Positions 1 to 9,245 of a stretch of 24,726 bases of DNA are shown here, in pieces. Below the pieces are notes generated by a model that saw only the letters and a program-made list of their open reading frames with translations, made no database searches and was not told the DNA's origin. The first letter of the stretch is position 1, and every line of letters begins with the position of its first letter. The position numbers and the translations under genes are program-made. Source of the DNA: a virus (taxonomy: Duplodnaviria; Caudoviricetes); IMG/VR virus record IMGVR_UViG_3300032608_000076, positions 1-24,726 of that record. One strand, written 5' to 3'.

Positions 1-1
1 A

Positions 2-1219
2 GCCCGTGCTGTCCCACATTGACAACAGCGGCGCGAAACTAATTAGGAACTTAGTAGCCGCCATCGTCCCCGCGCCGCATACGTCCCCACGTATCACGCT
101 GGTGGTATCCGTGTCCAGCACGCGACGCCACGTTGCTGCAAACCGACGCATGACCGCATCGCCAGCGAACGGCGCGTAACCCGCCCGCGCCAAATCCACC
201 ACGCTAATCATGGACAGCGCGGCGTATTCGGAATTCTGGCAACCATACGGCGGCTTGCCGTAATACGTGACCCGGTGGTCCCAGGTGTACAGGTCGCCAT
301 CCTCGACGAACAACGTATCGAAAGCCACCCGCGCGTACTCATCCGCGTCGGCTTGCCAGCGCTCAGGATCGCGCCCGGTGTGCTCTGCCACCCGCGCAAG
401 ATAATAGTTGAGGCGCACGAGGGCCAGATACGGGTGAGCCAGGTCCTTGAATGGTAGCCCGCCCTTTCGTTCGTCCCACCGCGCCACGAAGTCCGCAAAC
501 AGGTATTCGGCCCACTCGCCAGCCCGTACCACGTCGCCCGCGTCAATCAGCGCGGCGGCGTATCCGGCAAGCAGGCTGTGGCACAAGATGTTATCCATTG
601 GATCGGTATCCTTGCCATAGCGCCCGTCGTGCTGGTCGCCTTGCTTTAGCCACAGCAGCGAGCGGTATCCGTCCCCGTTGTGGTCACGCACGTTCTGCCA
701 GAGCGTGTCCATAATGCGGTTGATTTCCACCAACAGCGCCGGGTCGTTTGATCGCTGATACGTGAGCAGCAGCGCCGTGATGCCCGTGTTCAACGTGCGC
801 CCGCAACGGTATAGGTCGCCCGATTCCGCGCTGCTCAGCAGGTCGGGATACTGGTTGCCCGACATGACCGCCACCATCAGCGCAGCATAGGCGGCTTCGT
901 TCCCCGGCGGCGCGACGGTTGGGCTAACGGTTGCGGTCGGAGACGCGGTAGCCGTTGGCGTGGCACTGGGCGTCACGGTGGGCGACGGCGTAACCGTAGC
1001 GGTTGCCGTGTTCGGCGGCGCTGTGGGCGTCCTGGTAGGCGTGGGACTATGCGCAGGCGTGCCCGTAGGTGTAGAGCTTGCCACCTGCCCTATCGACCAT
1101 GAAAACGGTGTGCCATCGCGCACCCCGCGTACCACCACTGGCTCGATTACGACCGTGCCACACGCAACCAAAAAGAGAGCGGTCAGCGCGACCGCTCCCG
1201 CGATTCCGAGACGGCGCAT
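2..1219 (-). CDS. Lipoprotein with Pro/Thr-rich linker and large alpha-helical domain (partial, runs off left edge)
   Basis: Not in the ORF track; translated by hand from the ATG at 1219, adjacent to the upstream TAA. Begins MRRLGIAGAVALTALFLVA-C (lipobox LVAC, Cys20), then STPTGTPAHSPTPTRTPTAPPNTATATVTPSPTVTPSATPT..., then a helical domain containing DHNGDGY. Open to the window edge (about 406 codons). Confidence 0.85.
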   Translation of the reverse strand, partial: MRRLGIAGAVALTALFLVACGTVVIEPVVVRGVRDGTPFSWSIGQVASSTPTGTPAHSPTPTRTPTAPPNTATATVTPSPTVTPSATPTATASPTATVSPTVAPPGNEAAYAALMVAVMSGNQYPDLLSSAESGDLYRCGRTLNTGITALLLTYQRSNDPALLVEINRIMDTLWQNVRDHNGDGYRSLLWLKQGDQHDGRYGKDTDPMDNILCHSLLAGYAAALIDAGDVVRAGEWAEYLFADFVARWDERKGGLPFKDLAHPYLALVRLNYYLARVAEHTGRDPERWQADADEYARVAFDTLFVEDGDLYTWDHRVTYYGKPPYGCQNSEYAALSMISVVDLARAGYAPFAGDAVMRRFAATWRRVLDTDTTSVIRGDVCGAGTMAATKFLISFAPLLSMWDSTG

Positions 1220-1525
1220 TTATTCAGGCTCCCCCGGCACTTCGGCTTCCTTCGGTAACAGCGCGATAATCTCATCGCCCCGCGCAATGATAAATTCACT
1301 AACGGCTTTCGGTGCGCGCCCCGATTTCTTGGCGATATATTCCACTGCCGGGTCGGTTGGTTCGTCTAGCATGGGTCGTGCTTGTTGCCACGCCCACCGC
1401 GCGGCTTTAATTGCGCCGCCGCCCAGTGCGCCCGCCGCCGCCGCCGTTGCCAGCGTTGACAAGACAATCAGGGCAATGTTCCATACTACCTGTAGAATTT
1501 CCGGTGTTGCGTTCCATACTTCCAT
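1220..1525 (-). CDS. Small membrane protein, holin-like
   Basis: 101 aa with one hydrophobic segment (VVWNIALIVLSTLATAAAAGALGGG) and a charged C-terminus. It lies after the tail genes and abuts both neighbours. Confidence 0.55.
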   Translation of the reverse strand: MEVWNATPEILQVVWNIALIVLSTLATAAAAGALGGGAIKAARWAWQQARPMLDEPTDPAVEYIAKKSGRAPKAVSEFIIARGDEIIALLPKEAEVPGEPE

Positions 1526-1948
1526 TTACTCTGTCTCCCATTCCTCTATATTATTCAGGATATATGCCTGCGCTTGCTGACGGCTTCCGTCCCACGTCGC
1601 AGATAACCCGGCGTACACAAGGAAGCGCATTCGGTCAGTGCCGCCCGCGCTGTACGTCACCAGCGGCCCGTACTGCGTTTGTTGCGTGGCATCGTCAATG
1701 AGACCAGGGTCAACGCCTACCGCCGCTGCTAAGAAGTTCTTGACGTGTTCAACCGTCAGGTTAGACACGTTGAACGCGGCTTCATAGATAACCTTATCCC
1801 CGTCCAGCGCCACCCGGCGGTGTAGCAGTCGCGCGGGGCTTGGATCGTCGCCCGGTCCCAGCGCATCAAACGCCGCCAGGATTGCCGCGCGTTGCGGCGC
1901 GGTCAGCGCCACGTCCATTACGCCTATGTAGCCGTGCCAGGTGCTCAT
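1526..1948 (-). CDS. Hypothetical phage protein
   Basis: 140 aa, ATGA overlap with upstream gene, abuts downstream gene, globular composition. Confidence 0.8.
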   Translation of the reverse strand: MSTWHGYIGVMDVALTAPQRAAILAAFDALGPGDDPSPARLLHRRVALDGDKVIYEAAFNVSNLTVEHVKNFLAAAVGVDPGLIDDATQQTQYGPLVTYSAGGTDRMRFLVYAGLSATWDGSRQQAQAYILNNIEEWETE

Positions 1949-2457
1949 GCAGTGCGTTCCCCTACGTGTTTTTCGTGGTCCTCTTGTGCGGCGCGGGCCT
2001 CAACAGCTTCTTGCACCTTTTCGCCCACCAACGCCAGCGCCCCGCGATAGGCGCGGCCCTCGATCTTAAGCGTATGATTTTCGGCTGCCAACTTGATATT
2101 GTCTTCACGAAGGTGGCCGTTATCCCGTTCAAGGTGTTCAATACGCTGCGTTTTCGCGTCCAGGTCGTTTTGCGCCTTTTCTTTCCAGGTTAGCAAGTCG
2201 TCAGTGGTCCGAGTCAGTACCGCGATTTCGGCGCGGTGACTCTCGATTTCCTGGCCCTGCCGTTCGCGCTTGACTATCTCACCACGCCATAACTCCTCAG
2301 CCTTGATCCTCAGGTCTCGTTCATCCCTGATATCGTTGCGTAACTCCTGGATCAATTCGTCGGTTCGCTTAGATGCTCGGCGCAACGCAACCACAACCAC
2401 GCTTATGAGCGTGGCGACTGCTGCTATAAGTGCTGCTACTGCCTGTACGAGTTCCAT
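1945..2457 (-). CDS. Membrane-anchored coiled-coil protein (possible lysis accessory)
   Basis: N-terminal TM helix (AVAALIAAVATLISVVVVAL-RR) followed by a long heptad-rich charged helix. GAGGGG RBS upstream. Confidence 0.75.
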   Translation of the reverse strand: MELVQAVAALIAAVATLISVVVVALRRASKRTDELIQELRNDIRDERDLRIKAEELWRGEIVKRERQGQEIESHRAEIAVLTRTTDDLLTWKEKAQNDLDAKTQRIEHLERDNGHLREDNIKLAAENHTLKIEGRAYRGALALVGEKVQEAVEARAAQEDHEKHVGERTA

Positions 2458-2558
2458 GTTTTCCCCTCATTCGGGGGCCGTTTGTTTTATGTTATACTTG
2501 ACTTAAGCCCGCTAGCGCGTTGGCCCTCAAGCCGCGCGCGACGCGGGTGGTTTTGCGC

Positions 2559-2972
2559 TTACCGATAACCGCACACCTGCGCGGACATCCAACTGTCACA
2601 TTGAGGCAACCCGCCGCGCAACTGCGTAGCCGGTCCCCAACCGTAGCCTTCCCATTGCCCGATATAGACCGGGGCGTGCCGTGCCCACAAATACGCGGAC
2701 CAGATACCACCCGGCAGCGTCACGCAAAAACGCTTCCACTGATTCGGTTGGAAGTCGCCCAGGTCGCGTACCGTTGACGCGGACCACTGCGGCAAGTAAC
2801 CGAGGCGCTCCACATCCGGGCTTAGGTTCTTAACGGATAGCACGAACATCTGACTCGTGACCTTGCACGGACGAAACGCCGGTTCCGTGTCGTCAGCTAG
2901 CACGGCAGGCGCGGCACTTACGAGCAACGCCAGAACTAGTACGGTGATAATCCCAACGGTGACTTTCTTCAT
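2559..2972 (-). CDS. Secreted protein of unknown function
   Basis: Start re-assigned to ATG 2972 (TAATG overlap with upstream stop). Sec signal MKKVTVGIITVLVLALLVSAAPAVLA-DD; four Cys in the mature part. Confidence 0.75.
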   Translation of the reverse strand: MKKVTVGIITVLVLALLVSAAPAVLADDTEPAFRPCKVTSQMFVLSVKNLSPDVERLGYLPQWSASTVRDLGDFQPNQWKRFCVTLPGGIWSAYLWARHAPVYIGQWEGYGWGPATQLRGGLPQCDSWMSAQVCGYR

Positions 2973-3451
2973 TAGCTTTGCTCCCTTACCCAAAAGATGA
3001 CCTCGTGCCCGCTCACGTCAAGGCGCGTTCGTGTGCTTACGGCCTTCCAGAGTGGGCGGAATGTGTGTGCTCCGCTTGCCAGACCTGTTATGAATGCCTC
3101 AAGGTGTACTGAGGCGCTCTGCTGCGCTTCGTAGATGCCCTTGCCGTGTGTCGTCTGAGCGCTGCCGTCATACGAGAATTGCAGATACGGCGGCGGCCCA
3201 AAGTATCCGAGAAGCCCGCACTTGATATCGCCGCCATACGTGGTCATGGTCAATTCAAGCCCCGTAATCGCGGTAAAGTCTGAGGCGTTGTCCCAGCTGT
3301 AAAACGCCGTCGCGGTATTCAATCCCGCTGTTTGCTGAAACGGCGGATTTTTAAGCGCGTTGGTATTGTCGCGGATGTAAGTGTTCATATCCGTTTCGCC
3401 AACCACCATACCCGCTGTGAATGTTTTCGGATCGGTCCACGCTGACCCCAT
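2972..3451 (-). CDS. Minor tail/tail-tip protein, possible receptor-binding protein
   Basis: N-terminal WTDPKTFTAG...DMNTYIRDN anchor motif typical of small siphophage tail-tip proteins, then a beta-rich domain. Directly downstream of the hub gene; GGAG RBS. Confidence 0.7.
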   Translation of the reverse strand: MGSAWTDPKTFTAGMVVGETDMNTYIRDNTNALKNPPFQQTAGLNTATAFYSWDNASDFTAITGLELTMTTYGGDIKCGLLGYFGPPPYLQFSYDGSAQTTHGKGIYEAQQSASVHLEAFITGLASGAHTFRPLWKAVSTRTRLDVSGHEVIFWVREQS

Positions 3452-3461
3452 GCTCTCGCTC

Positions 3462-6400
3462 CTAAATCGCTAGGCGTGTAGTTTCTCCCAACACGCCATA
3501 AGTTGCATCTTCTAATAGCCAGTAGGTTGAGTCGTCCAGGGGCAAAAAGCGAAACGTCAATTTGCACTGTTCGCTGCCACTGTCCAGTTGCCCGTCAATA
3601 CCCATTACCACGTAGCGTTGACCACTGATGCCTAGCTGGTCATCGGTTAGTGCAGCCACATGGCCTAATTCCGTCGCCAGCGGGCTTACGGCGCTGAATA
3701 GGCTTAGCCCGTCAAGCTCCACGCTTTCGATGATGTAGCGCGGTATTTTGTAGCGGGCCAGCATGTAATTTGCTATTGCGCCCGCGAAATTTTCCGTTGA
3801 ATGAAACGGGATATCAATGACCTTTTCGCGCAAGCCATAATCGCTAGTGCTGTCGTCATCTTGCCGGATGGCCTGTTGCGGGTCATACCCAATAATTGCC
3901 GTGCCGCGCACTTGCAAACCGCGAATGTATAGTTCGCCCGTTGCTGTGTTTTTCCATGCAATCTCTACGCCGCTGCCCACCACTGCCGCCGATGGAAAGT
4001 GCCGCCGGGGGCTGGTGTTGGTGTAGTTGAAGCCCTCGCCCGCATCGTCATCGTAGACCGTGTAATCTGTTCCAGGTACCGGGTTAATAACATTCTTTGC
4101 GCCCATGACCTGCCCCGTATCCGGGTCCGTAAAACTGAGGCGCGTTAGGGTTTCACCAGCGGCAGGCGCAGTACTGGCGCTGCCACCTGCGTATCCGTTG
4201 AGGCGGCTGTAGCGCTGTCCCAACGGGCGTGCACCCCCCTGCCCTAACGTGATCGGGTTAATGCCCTTGCCTGGAATGCGTAAGACTCGGTTAGCCTGCG
4301 CGATAACGCCTACCGCTTTAGTCGTCTTCGGCGTATAGTTAACAATCATTCGATTGTAAACCGTGTCGCCTGTCAGTCGCCCGCGCAGTGTTATCCCCTG
4401 CGCCGCGATGGTGATATCAGTAGCGGACGTGGCGCGCGTGAAATACCAGTTTCTATTTTTGCCGACTAGCGTTCCGTCACGCGCAATCCAGAAAAAGCCC
4501 CACTCACTGTTAGTAGACTGCTCAAACGCGGTGATGGCATTGGTGTCGTTAAGGTCCCAATTTTCCGCCGCATATCCAAACGCCTGAGTGCCGGTCTCAA
4601 AGTCCGTTGCGCCCGCTGGCGCATCCGTCCCGGCGGTATCATCGCCCGCGTCGGTGTGTCGCCAGTCGCCCGTACTGCTGTAGCTGCCGTAATCGGACCA
4701 CCATATCCCGCGTGCGGTAGCTCGCAGAATAACATCGCGGCGCGTAATGCTGGCAATCGTGAATGAGCACGCAAGGTCTTCGCCATTGCCCCACGCGCCC
4801 CAGCCGCCGCCATCCGTATTGTATTCGGCATCAGCGGCGGCATACGGGTCGGTCCCGATGCTATAGATAATCGTCCAATAGTTCCCCGGCGATTGTGCGG
4901 CGGTTGGCCTAAATACCAGCCGGTAGGTGCCCGCCTCAATGAACAAATCGGTAGGCGTGATAGTGTTGGTTGCGCTGGCGCTGGGCGTAAACGTGCCTGT
5001 CTGGATAACCGTCTCGCTATCGTCCGTGAATTCCCACGTTACCGTGCCCGACGGCGCGCCAGTCGTTGCGCCGAAGTCCGTAGTCATACTGGTCAGGTTG
5101 CCGCCAGTTGCTACTACAATGGTTTGGCGCATCCAATACGTGTTACTGCCGGGGTCAGCCGTCGCGCCGAGCGGCCAGTTACCCGCCGAGCCAGCGTAAG
5201 GCGTAATGTCACCGCCGCCAAATTCCGTACCGTCAACGGGGTCATCAGCTACCAGATAGCCGTTTCGGTAGGTGTTCGCGCCGTAAGTTTCTTCTTCGCC
5301 GTCTGCGTTATTGACCGCCGCGCTGAAATTCTCAGCGGTTTCGTCGCGCGTGGCGGCAATCAGCACGTCATAGGCGCTGACCAGCGCGTTTTTGAACGTA
5401 TACACGGTGGTCTCGGTGCCCGTTTCCGGGTGGGCATACGTCATGGTGAACGTGTCGCCATCGTCCGGGTTATATAGGAACCCGATCTTCGATGAGGCGC
5501 GCCCGCCCTCAAACACATCCGACGCAATGAGTGCTAGCAGGTGGTCAAAGCGGTAGTTCTCTTGCAGCGGCAGGCTAATTTGCGCGCGTTGTACCAGCCC
5601 CAGCCGGTCCTCACACACCATTGTACACATCTTGCGCCCACCGGCCCCCGCGTCGGGTTCAAAGCTCCGTGTATACCCGGTAAAGAGCGTGTGCGTAGTT
5701 ACCCCCACCGTTGCCGTGAGCCGCATATTCAGCCCTGGCACCAATCGTCCGTAATAATCGCCCCCCGTGAACGCGGGCGAAAAGTTCTTAGTACCGTTGT
5801 CTAGAATAGCCGTCATTTGCCCGGTGGAAGCCACCCGGCGCTCAAGGTCAAACGCCCCGACAGACCAGTAAGCCCGCTCAGTGTAGAGCGTCAAATCGTT
5901 TTCGCTAGACCCTGGCAACTGGCTGGCGGCGTAAATCGCCTGAATGTCATTCAGGGACAATTCCGTACCAGACCACACGGTTAGCCACGCTAGCCACCCC
6001 TCGAATACGTTACTAGGCGTGTCTGCGCTGGCCCCTATCAGGAATGATGTCAGCGTTCCGAAAGCGCTAGATTGCGTGCAGCTGTCTAGCAAAGCGTTAT
6101 CGAAATATATCTTAAAGGCGTTGGTCGCGTCATCGGTGGTTACGGTCAACATGTGCCACCCGGTAAACGTGTCGGTATCCCCTACAAACGTAGAGCCACG
6201 CAGAGCACGTATCCGGTCGCCCGATGAGTGGGTCTGAGTACGGAAATCGATACTGCCCTGCATCCGCCAGATATGCCGAACAGCGCTAAATGCGTTCGTG
6301 TCCGGCTTGACCCATATCATCACGCTACAGGTATCACCGTCAAAAATGTCACGGAAGGCAGTCGTAAACAGGTTAAAATAGTCGTTGGTGCCATCGAATT

Positions 6401-6638
6401 TTGGCGCGCTGTTTTCGTCGGACACAATCGGGCTAGCGGTATCTTGCCACGTCACGCCGGTAGCCGTGCCGTTGTAGTCCGTTTCGTTGTGGCATATAAC
6501 CGCGTTGTCTGCAAATACATCGGTAAATTTCCACAGCGCATCGGCGTTGTAGGTGTTAATCAGCGTGTCGGCAAAGTCGCCCCCGGCGGAGGCGTAGCCG
6601 TCACCGTCCCAATCCACTTCCAGCTTGAAGGTTGTCAT
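3462..6638 (-). CDS. Tail hub/central tail protein with inserted LamG-like and other beta-sandwich domains
   Basis: 1058 aa directly after the tape measure. Hub-type motifs (LEVDWDGDG, LDNGTKNFSP, LFTGY..., FWIARDGTL, YNRMIVNY, YGLRE) plus a LamG/ConA-like segment (FDGTNDY, SVMIWVKP, WHMLTVT, KIYFDN). Confidence 0.8.
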   Translation of the reverse strand: MTTFKLEVDWDGDGYASAGGDFADTLINTYNADALWKFTDVFADNAVICHNETDYNGTATGVTWQDTASPIVSDENSAPKFDGTNDYFNLFTTAFRDIFDGDTCSVMIWVKPDTNAFSAVRHIWRMQGSIDFRTQTHSSGDRIRALRGSTFVGDTDTFTGWHMLTVTTDDATNAFKIYFDNALLDSCTQSSAFGTLTSFLIGASADTPSNVFEGWLAWLTVWSGTELSLNDIQAIYAASQLPGSSENDLTLYTERAYWSVGAFDLERRVASTGQMTAILDNGTKNFSPAFTGGDYYGRLVPGLNMRLTATVGVTTHTLFTGYTRSFEPDAGAGGRKMCTMVCEDRLGLVQRAQISLPLQENYRFDHLLALIASDVFEGGRASSKIGFLYNPDDGDTFTMTYAHPETGTETTVYTFKNALVSAYDVLIAATRDETAENFSAAVNNADGEEETYGANTYRNGYLVADDPVDGTEFGGGDITPYAGSAGNWPLGATADPGSNTYWMRQTIVVATGGNLTSMTTDFGATTGAPSGTVTWEFTDDSETVIQTGTFTPSASATNTITPTDLFIEAGTYRLVFRPTAAQSPGNYWTIIYSIGTDPYAAADAEYNTDGGGWGAWGNGEDLACSFTIASITRRDVILRATARGIWWSDYGSYSSTGDWRHTDAGDDTAGTDAPAGATDFETGTQAFGYAAENWDLNDTNAITAFEQSTNSEWGFFWIARDGTLVGKNRNWYFTRATSATDITIAAQGITLRGRLTGDTVYNRMIVNYTPKTTKAVGVIAQANRVLRIPGKGINPITLGQGGARPLGQRYSRLNGYAGGSASTAPAAGETLTRLSFTDPDTGQVMGAKNVINPVPGTDYTVYDDDAGEGFNYTNTSPRRHFPSAAVVGSGVEIAWKNTATGELYIRGLQVRGTAIIGYDPQQAIRQDDDSTSDYGLREKVIDIPFHSTENFAGAIANYMLARYKIPRYIIESVELDGLSLFSAVSPLATELGHVAALTDDQLGISGQRYVVMGIDGQLDSGSEQCKLTFRFLPLDDSTYWLLEDATYGVLGETTRLAI

Positions 6639-6640
6639 CG

Positions 6641-9010
6641 TTAACGATTGTCCCTCCAGTTGCCCTGGTCGGTTGCATTGGCAATTTCGCGCCCGTCTAC
6701 ATTAATTGTCGTTTCTACAACCGGGGCTTGTCCGCCATTGCCACCCGCGCCTACCACCACCGGCTGGTCAAGGCCAACGGTTACGTTAACCTCCCAGGTC
6801 CGGCTAGATAGTGCGTCCAATTGTGCCTCAACTTCGCTGATGCTGGCGGCGGCTGACCCAACCATTGGATCGAACATGGCGCTAGATACATCAGTAACCG
6901 TGTCAAGCTGGGCGCGTATTTCCGGTATACCCTCTTGCAATATATTGAGCACCTCGTTAGATGCTTCTTCGGCGGCTTCAGGGTCAAATATTTGCACGGC
7001 CTCATCACCCACCACCGTCTCCTCGCCCACTACCCCGCCGCGCTCTGTTATACCGGGCATTCCCATTACGTCAGCCATTGCCGCGAACGGGTCAGCCATC
7101 ATTGCCGTCACGCCTGCAAGTTGGTCAATATCCATCGTAGACATGCGGTCTAACATGCCCATATAAACTTCCAATCCCTGGGTATCGATGACGGTGCTAA
7201 ACGCCTCATTTAGCCCGCTAAAATCAGTCAGTGATAACTGGTCCACCGCTTCGGCATATTGAGCCGCAGACAGTTCGCCCGTTGAGAATTGTTCGGCAAT
7301 ATTGACCATTTGCTGGTCGAAAACGGCGCTTTCAGTGTTGGCTAATCCGGTCGTTTGTTGGTAGGCTTCCATTGCAGCGGCGGCGGCTTCCGATTCTACG
7401 CCAACCTCAGAAAGCGCGTCACGCATTGAACGCAGCACGTCCGACGAAAACGAATCTTCCAGCGTGCCAAACTTCTCAGCAAGTGAGTCAAAACTCACTT
7501 CTTCGGCAGAGGCGGCGAAATCGTTAAGATCGCTGGTCGCGTCGCTAACTGCCCCGCCGATAGTCTGGAACATGGCGGCAATTTCCGGGCCGATGTTCTC
7601 AGCGGTAGCCAGTGCGTCGAAGCGGTCAATATAATCGTCAACACCTTCCATCGTAAACGAGGTAATATACCCGCCGCCTGTTTGCTCGCGTTCATATAAT
7701 TGTTCCCGTTGTTCTTTCTTAAGCGCCGCGCGCTCTTCGGCGGCTTCTACTTCTTCTAGTTTTTGGATATATTCATCGATCCCCGTAACACCAGACGGGT
7801 CTATGCTAAATGAGGTATTCCATCCGCCAGCAGGTTGCCCCCGCGTAACATCCCGTTCCCGGGTATATAGATCGTCTTTCATTCCCTCGCGGCGCGCTTC
7901 GACATCATTAAGTTGCCGCATGAGGTTAATTCCCTCTAGCATCTCGGCATTGTGTTGAGACTGTGCCACCGCCCGCCGTTTGGCTGGAAGGTTTGCTGCC
8001 CCCTCCATGCCACCAACACGTCCGCCGATTTGCAAAACTGAGCCGCGCATTTGCATAGTTTGGTAGGCGTCTTGGCGTGCTTGCATGGAGCGCTGCATTG
8101 CCTCACCTGATCCCGGTCCTATCGTTGGTTCCGAGAAAAGCTCAAAATTGGTTCCAAGAACCTCATTGGAAGCAGCTTTAGCAAAGGCTACAACGCCAAA
8201 TTTCTCTATTGCCGCTGCTGCGCCTTCCGCGCCCTCAATAACAGCTTCAAATCCTATTGCGGCACTTTCTGCTATATCCTCTTTGAATCCACGAAATCTG
8301 GTGCGCATACGTTCCTGGGCGTCGCCAACCTCAATAAGCGCCACGCCTAACACGTCGGCTTGCTCGGCCAGTTCCTCAAAGACCGCCATGCGGAACGCTT
8401 CTTCTTTGCCCACGCCCATCTCGGCTTTAAGCTCTGCCACACGCGCCCGTACTTCGCCGGACGATATGCCCAACTGGTCAAGGCGTGCATAGGACATATT
8501 TGAGATGGTTAAGGAAATCTGTGAAATGGCGTCATCTATGCCGGTCAATTGTGGGCTTGCCGCCGCTACAATGGATACCATCTCTACAAAGTCGCCCGCC
8601 GCGTCTGCTGTGTCCGCCAGCCCGAACCGCATCATCTGATAGGCTTGCGCCGCCGCTTCGCCCTGGGTGACTGCGCCCCGTGACGCCTCCTGAATAGCGT
8701 TAATCCAGGTAGCCGCTTCCTCTGCGCTGCCGGTATAGTTTTCCAGCGCCATTTTACTTTGCAACGTAGAAACGCCTAGCTGTGATAGTTCATCAGCCGC
8801 GCTTACTACCCCGCTCAGTGCGCTAAAGAGTGTTTGCGCAGCGTTCGCCATAAAGAAGAAGTTTTCAGCACTTGACCGCGTACCCGTAGCTGCTGAGCTA
8901 AAATCCTCAGTAACCTCGGTGGCTTCGCCCATGTCGCGCGCATATCTCCGCAACTGATTTGAGAAATCATCGCGCACGCGCAGCGTTATTGTTCTGGTCC
9001 GGTCGGCCAT
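6641..9010 (-). CDS. Tail tape measure protein
   Basis: 789 aa Ala/Glu-rich helical protein after the chaperone pair. N-terminal ITLRVRDDFS and C-terminal VNVTV...TTINVDGREIA motifs are typical of tape measures. Confidence 0.9.
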   Translation of the reverse strand: MADRTRTITLRVRDDFSNQLRRYARDMGEATEVTEDFSSAATGTRSSAENFFFMANAAQTLFSALSGVVSAADELSQLGVSTLQSKMALENYTGSAEEAATWINAIQEASRGAVTQGEAAAQAYQMMRFGLADTADAAGDFVEMVSIVAAASPQLTGIDDAISQISLTISNMSYARLDQLGISSGEVRARVAELKAEMGVGKEEAFRMAVFEELAEQADVLGVALIEVGDAQERMRTRFRGFKEDIAESAAIGFEAVIEGAEGAAAAIEKFGVVAFAKAASNEVLGTNFELFSEPTIGPGSGEAMQRSMQARQDAYQTMQMRGSVLQIGGRVGGMEGAANLPAKRRAVAQSQHNAEMLEGINLMRQLNDVEARREGMKDDLYTRERDVTRGQPAGGWNTSFSIDPSGVTGIDEYIQKLEEVEAAEERAALKKEQREQLYEREQTGGGYITSFTMEGVDDYIDRFDALATAENIGPEIAAMFQTIGGAVSDATSDLNDFAASAEEVSFDSLAEKFGTLEDSFSSDVLRSMRDALSEVGVESEAAAAAMEAYQQTTGLANTESAVFDQQMVNIAEQFSTGELSAAQYAEAVDQLSLTDFSGLNEAFSTVIDTQGLEVYMGMLDRMSTMDIDQLAGVTAMMADPFAAMADVMGMPGITERGGVVGEETVVGDEAVQIFDPEAAEEASNEVLNILQEGIPEIRAQLDTVTDVSSAMFDPMVGSAAASISEVEAQLDALSSRTWEVNVTVGLDQPVVVGAGGNGGQAPVVETTINVDGREIANATDQGNWRDNR

Positions 9011-9011
9011 G

Positions 9012-9245
9012 CTATATCCGTTTCAGCAGTTCGATTACTGCCAGCATCGTCATTACCTCGGCACGAATGCGCCCCTTGTCGTCTTTCGCCCGATCAATAG
9101 CATCATTGAGCGATTGTTGAACCGCCTGCCAGCGTTGGTGCTCCCATGCTAACAGGCGGTTTTGTTCATCTCTCGGCAGATTGAAGAATTGCTCCTCATT
9201 CCACCCCCGCGATCTCAACGTCTTCGTCAGCAGCGTTTCCATCAC
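9012..9245 (-). CDS. Tail assembly chaperone, downstream (gpT-like) frame, probably reached by frameshift
   Basis: Overlaps the end of the upstream chaperone in the +1 frame. W..EQFFNLP.DEQ..LLAW pattern; immediately precedes the tape measure. Confidence 0.7.
   Translation of the reverse strand: MMETLLTKTLRSRGWNEEQFFNLPRDEQNRLLAWEHQRWQAVQQSLNDAIDRAKDDKGRIRAEVMTMLAVIELLKRI

Noticed and set aside
905-1078. Repetitive-looking DNA considered as a tandem repeat or CRISPR array
   Set aside because: It is degenerate coding sequence for a Pro/Thr linker, with no constant repeat-spacer period.
2458-2558. Promoter (TATAAC) and imperfect GC hairpin in the intergenic gap
   Set aside because: No matching -35 at proper spacing and the hairpin is bulged without a U-tract; too weak to call.
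2972-6638. Diversity-generating retroelement target in tail-tip genes
   Set aside because: No reverse transcriptase and no template/variable repeat pair was seen in this window.
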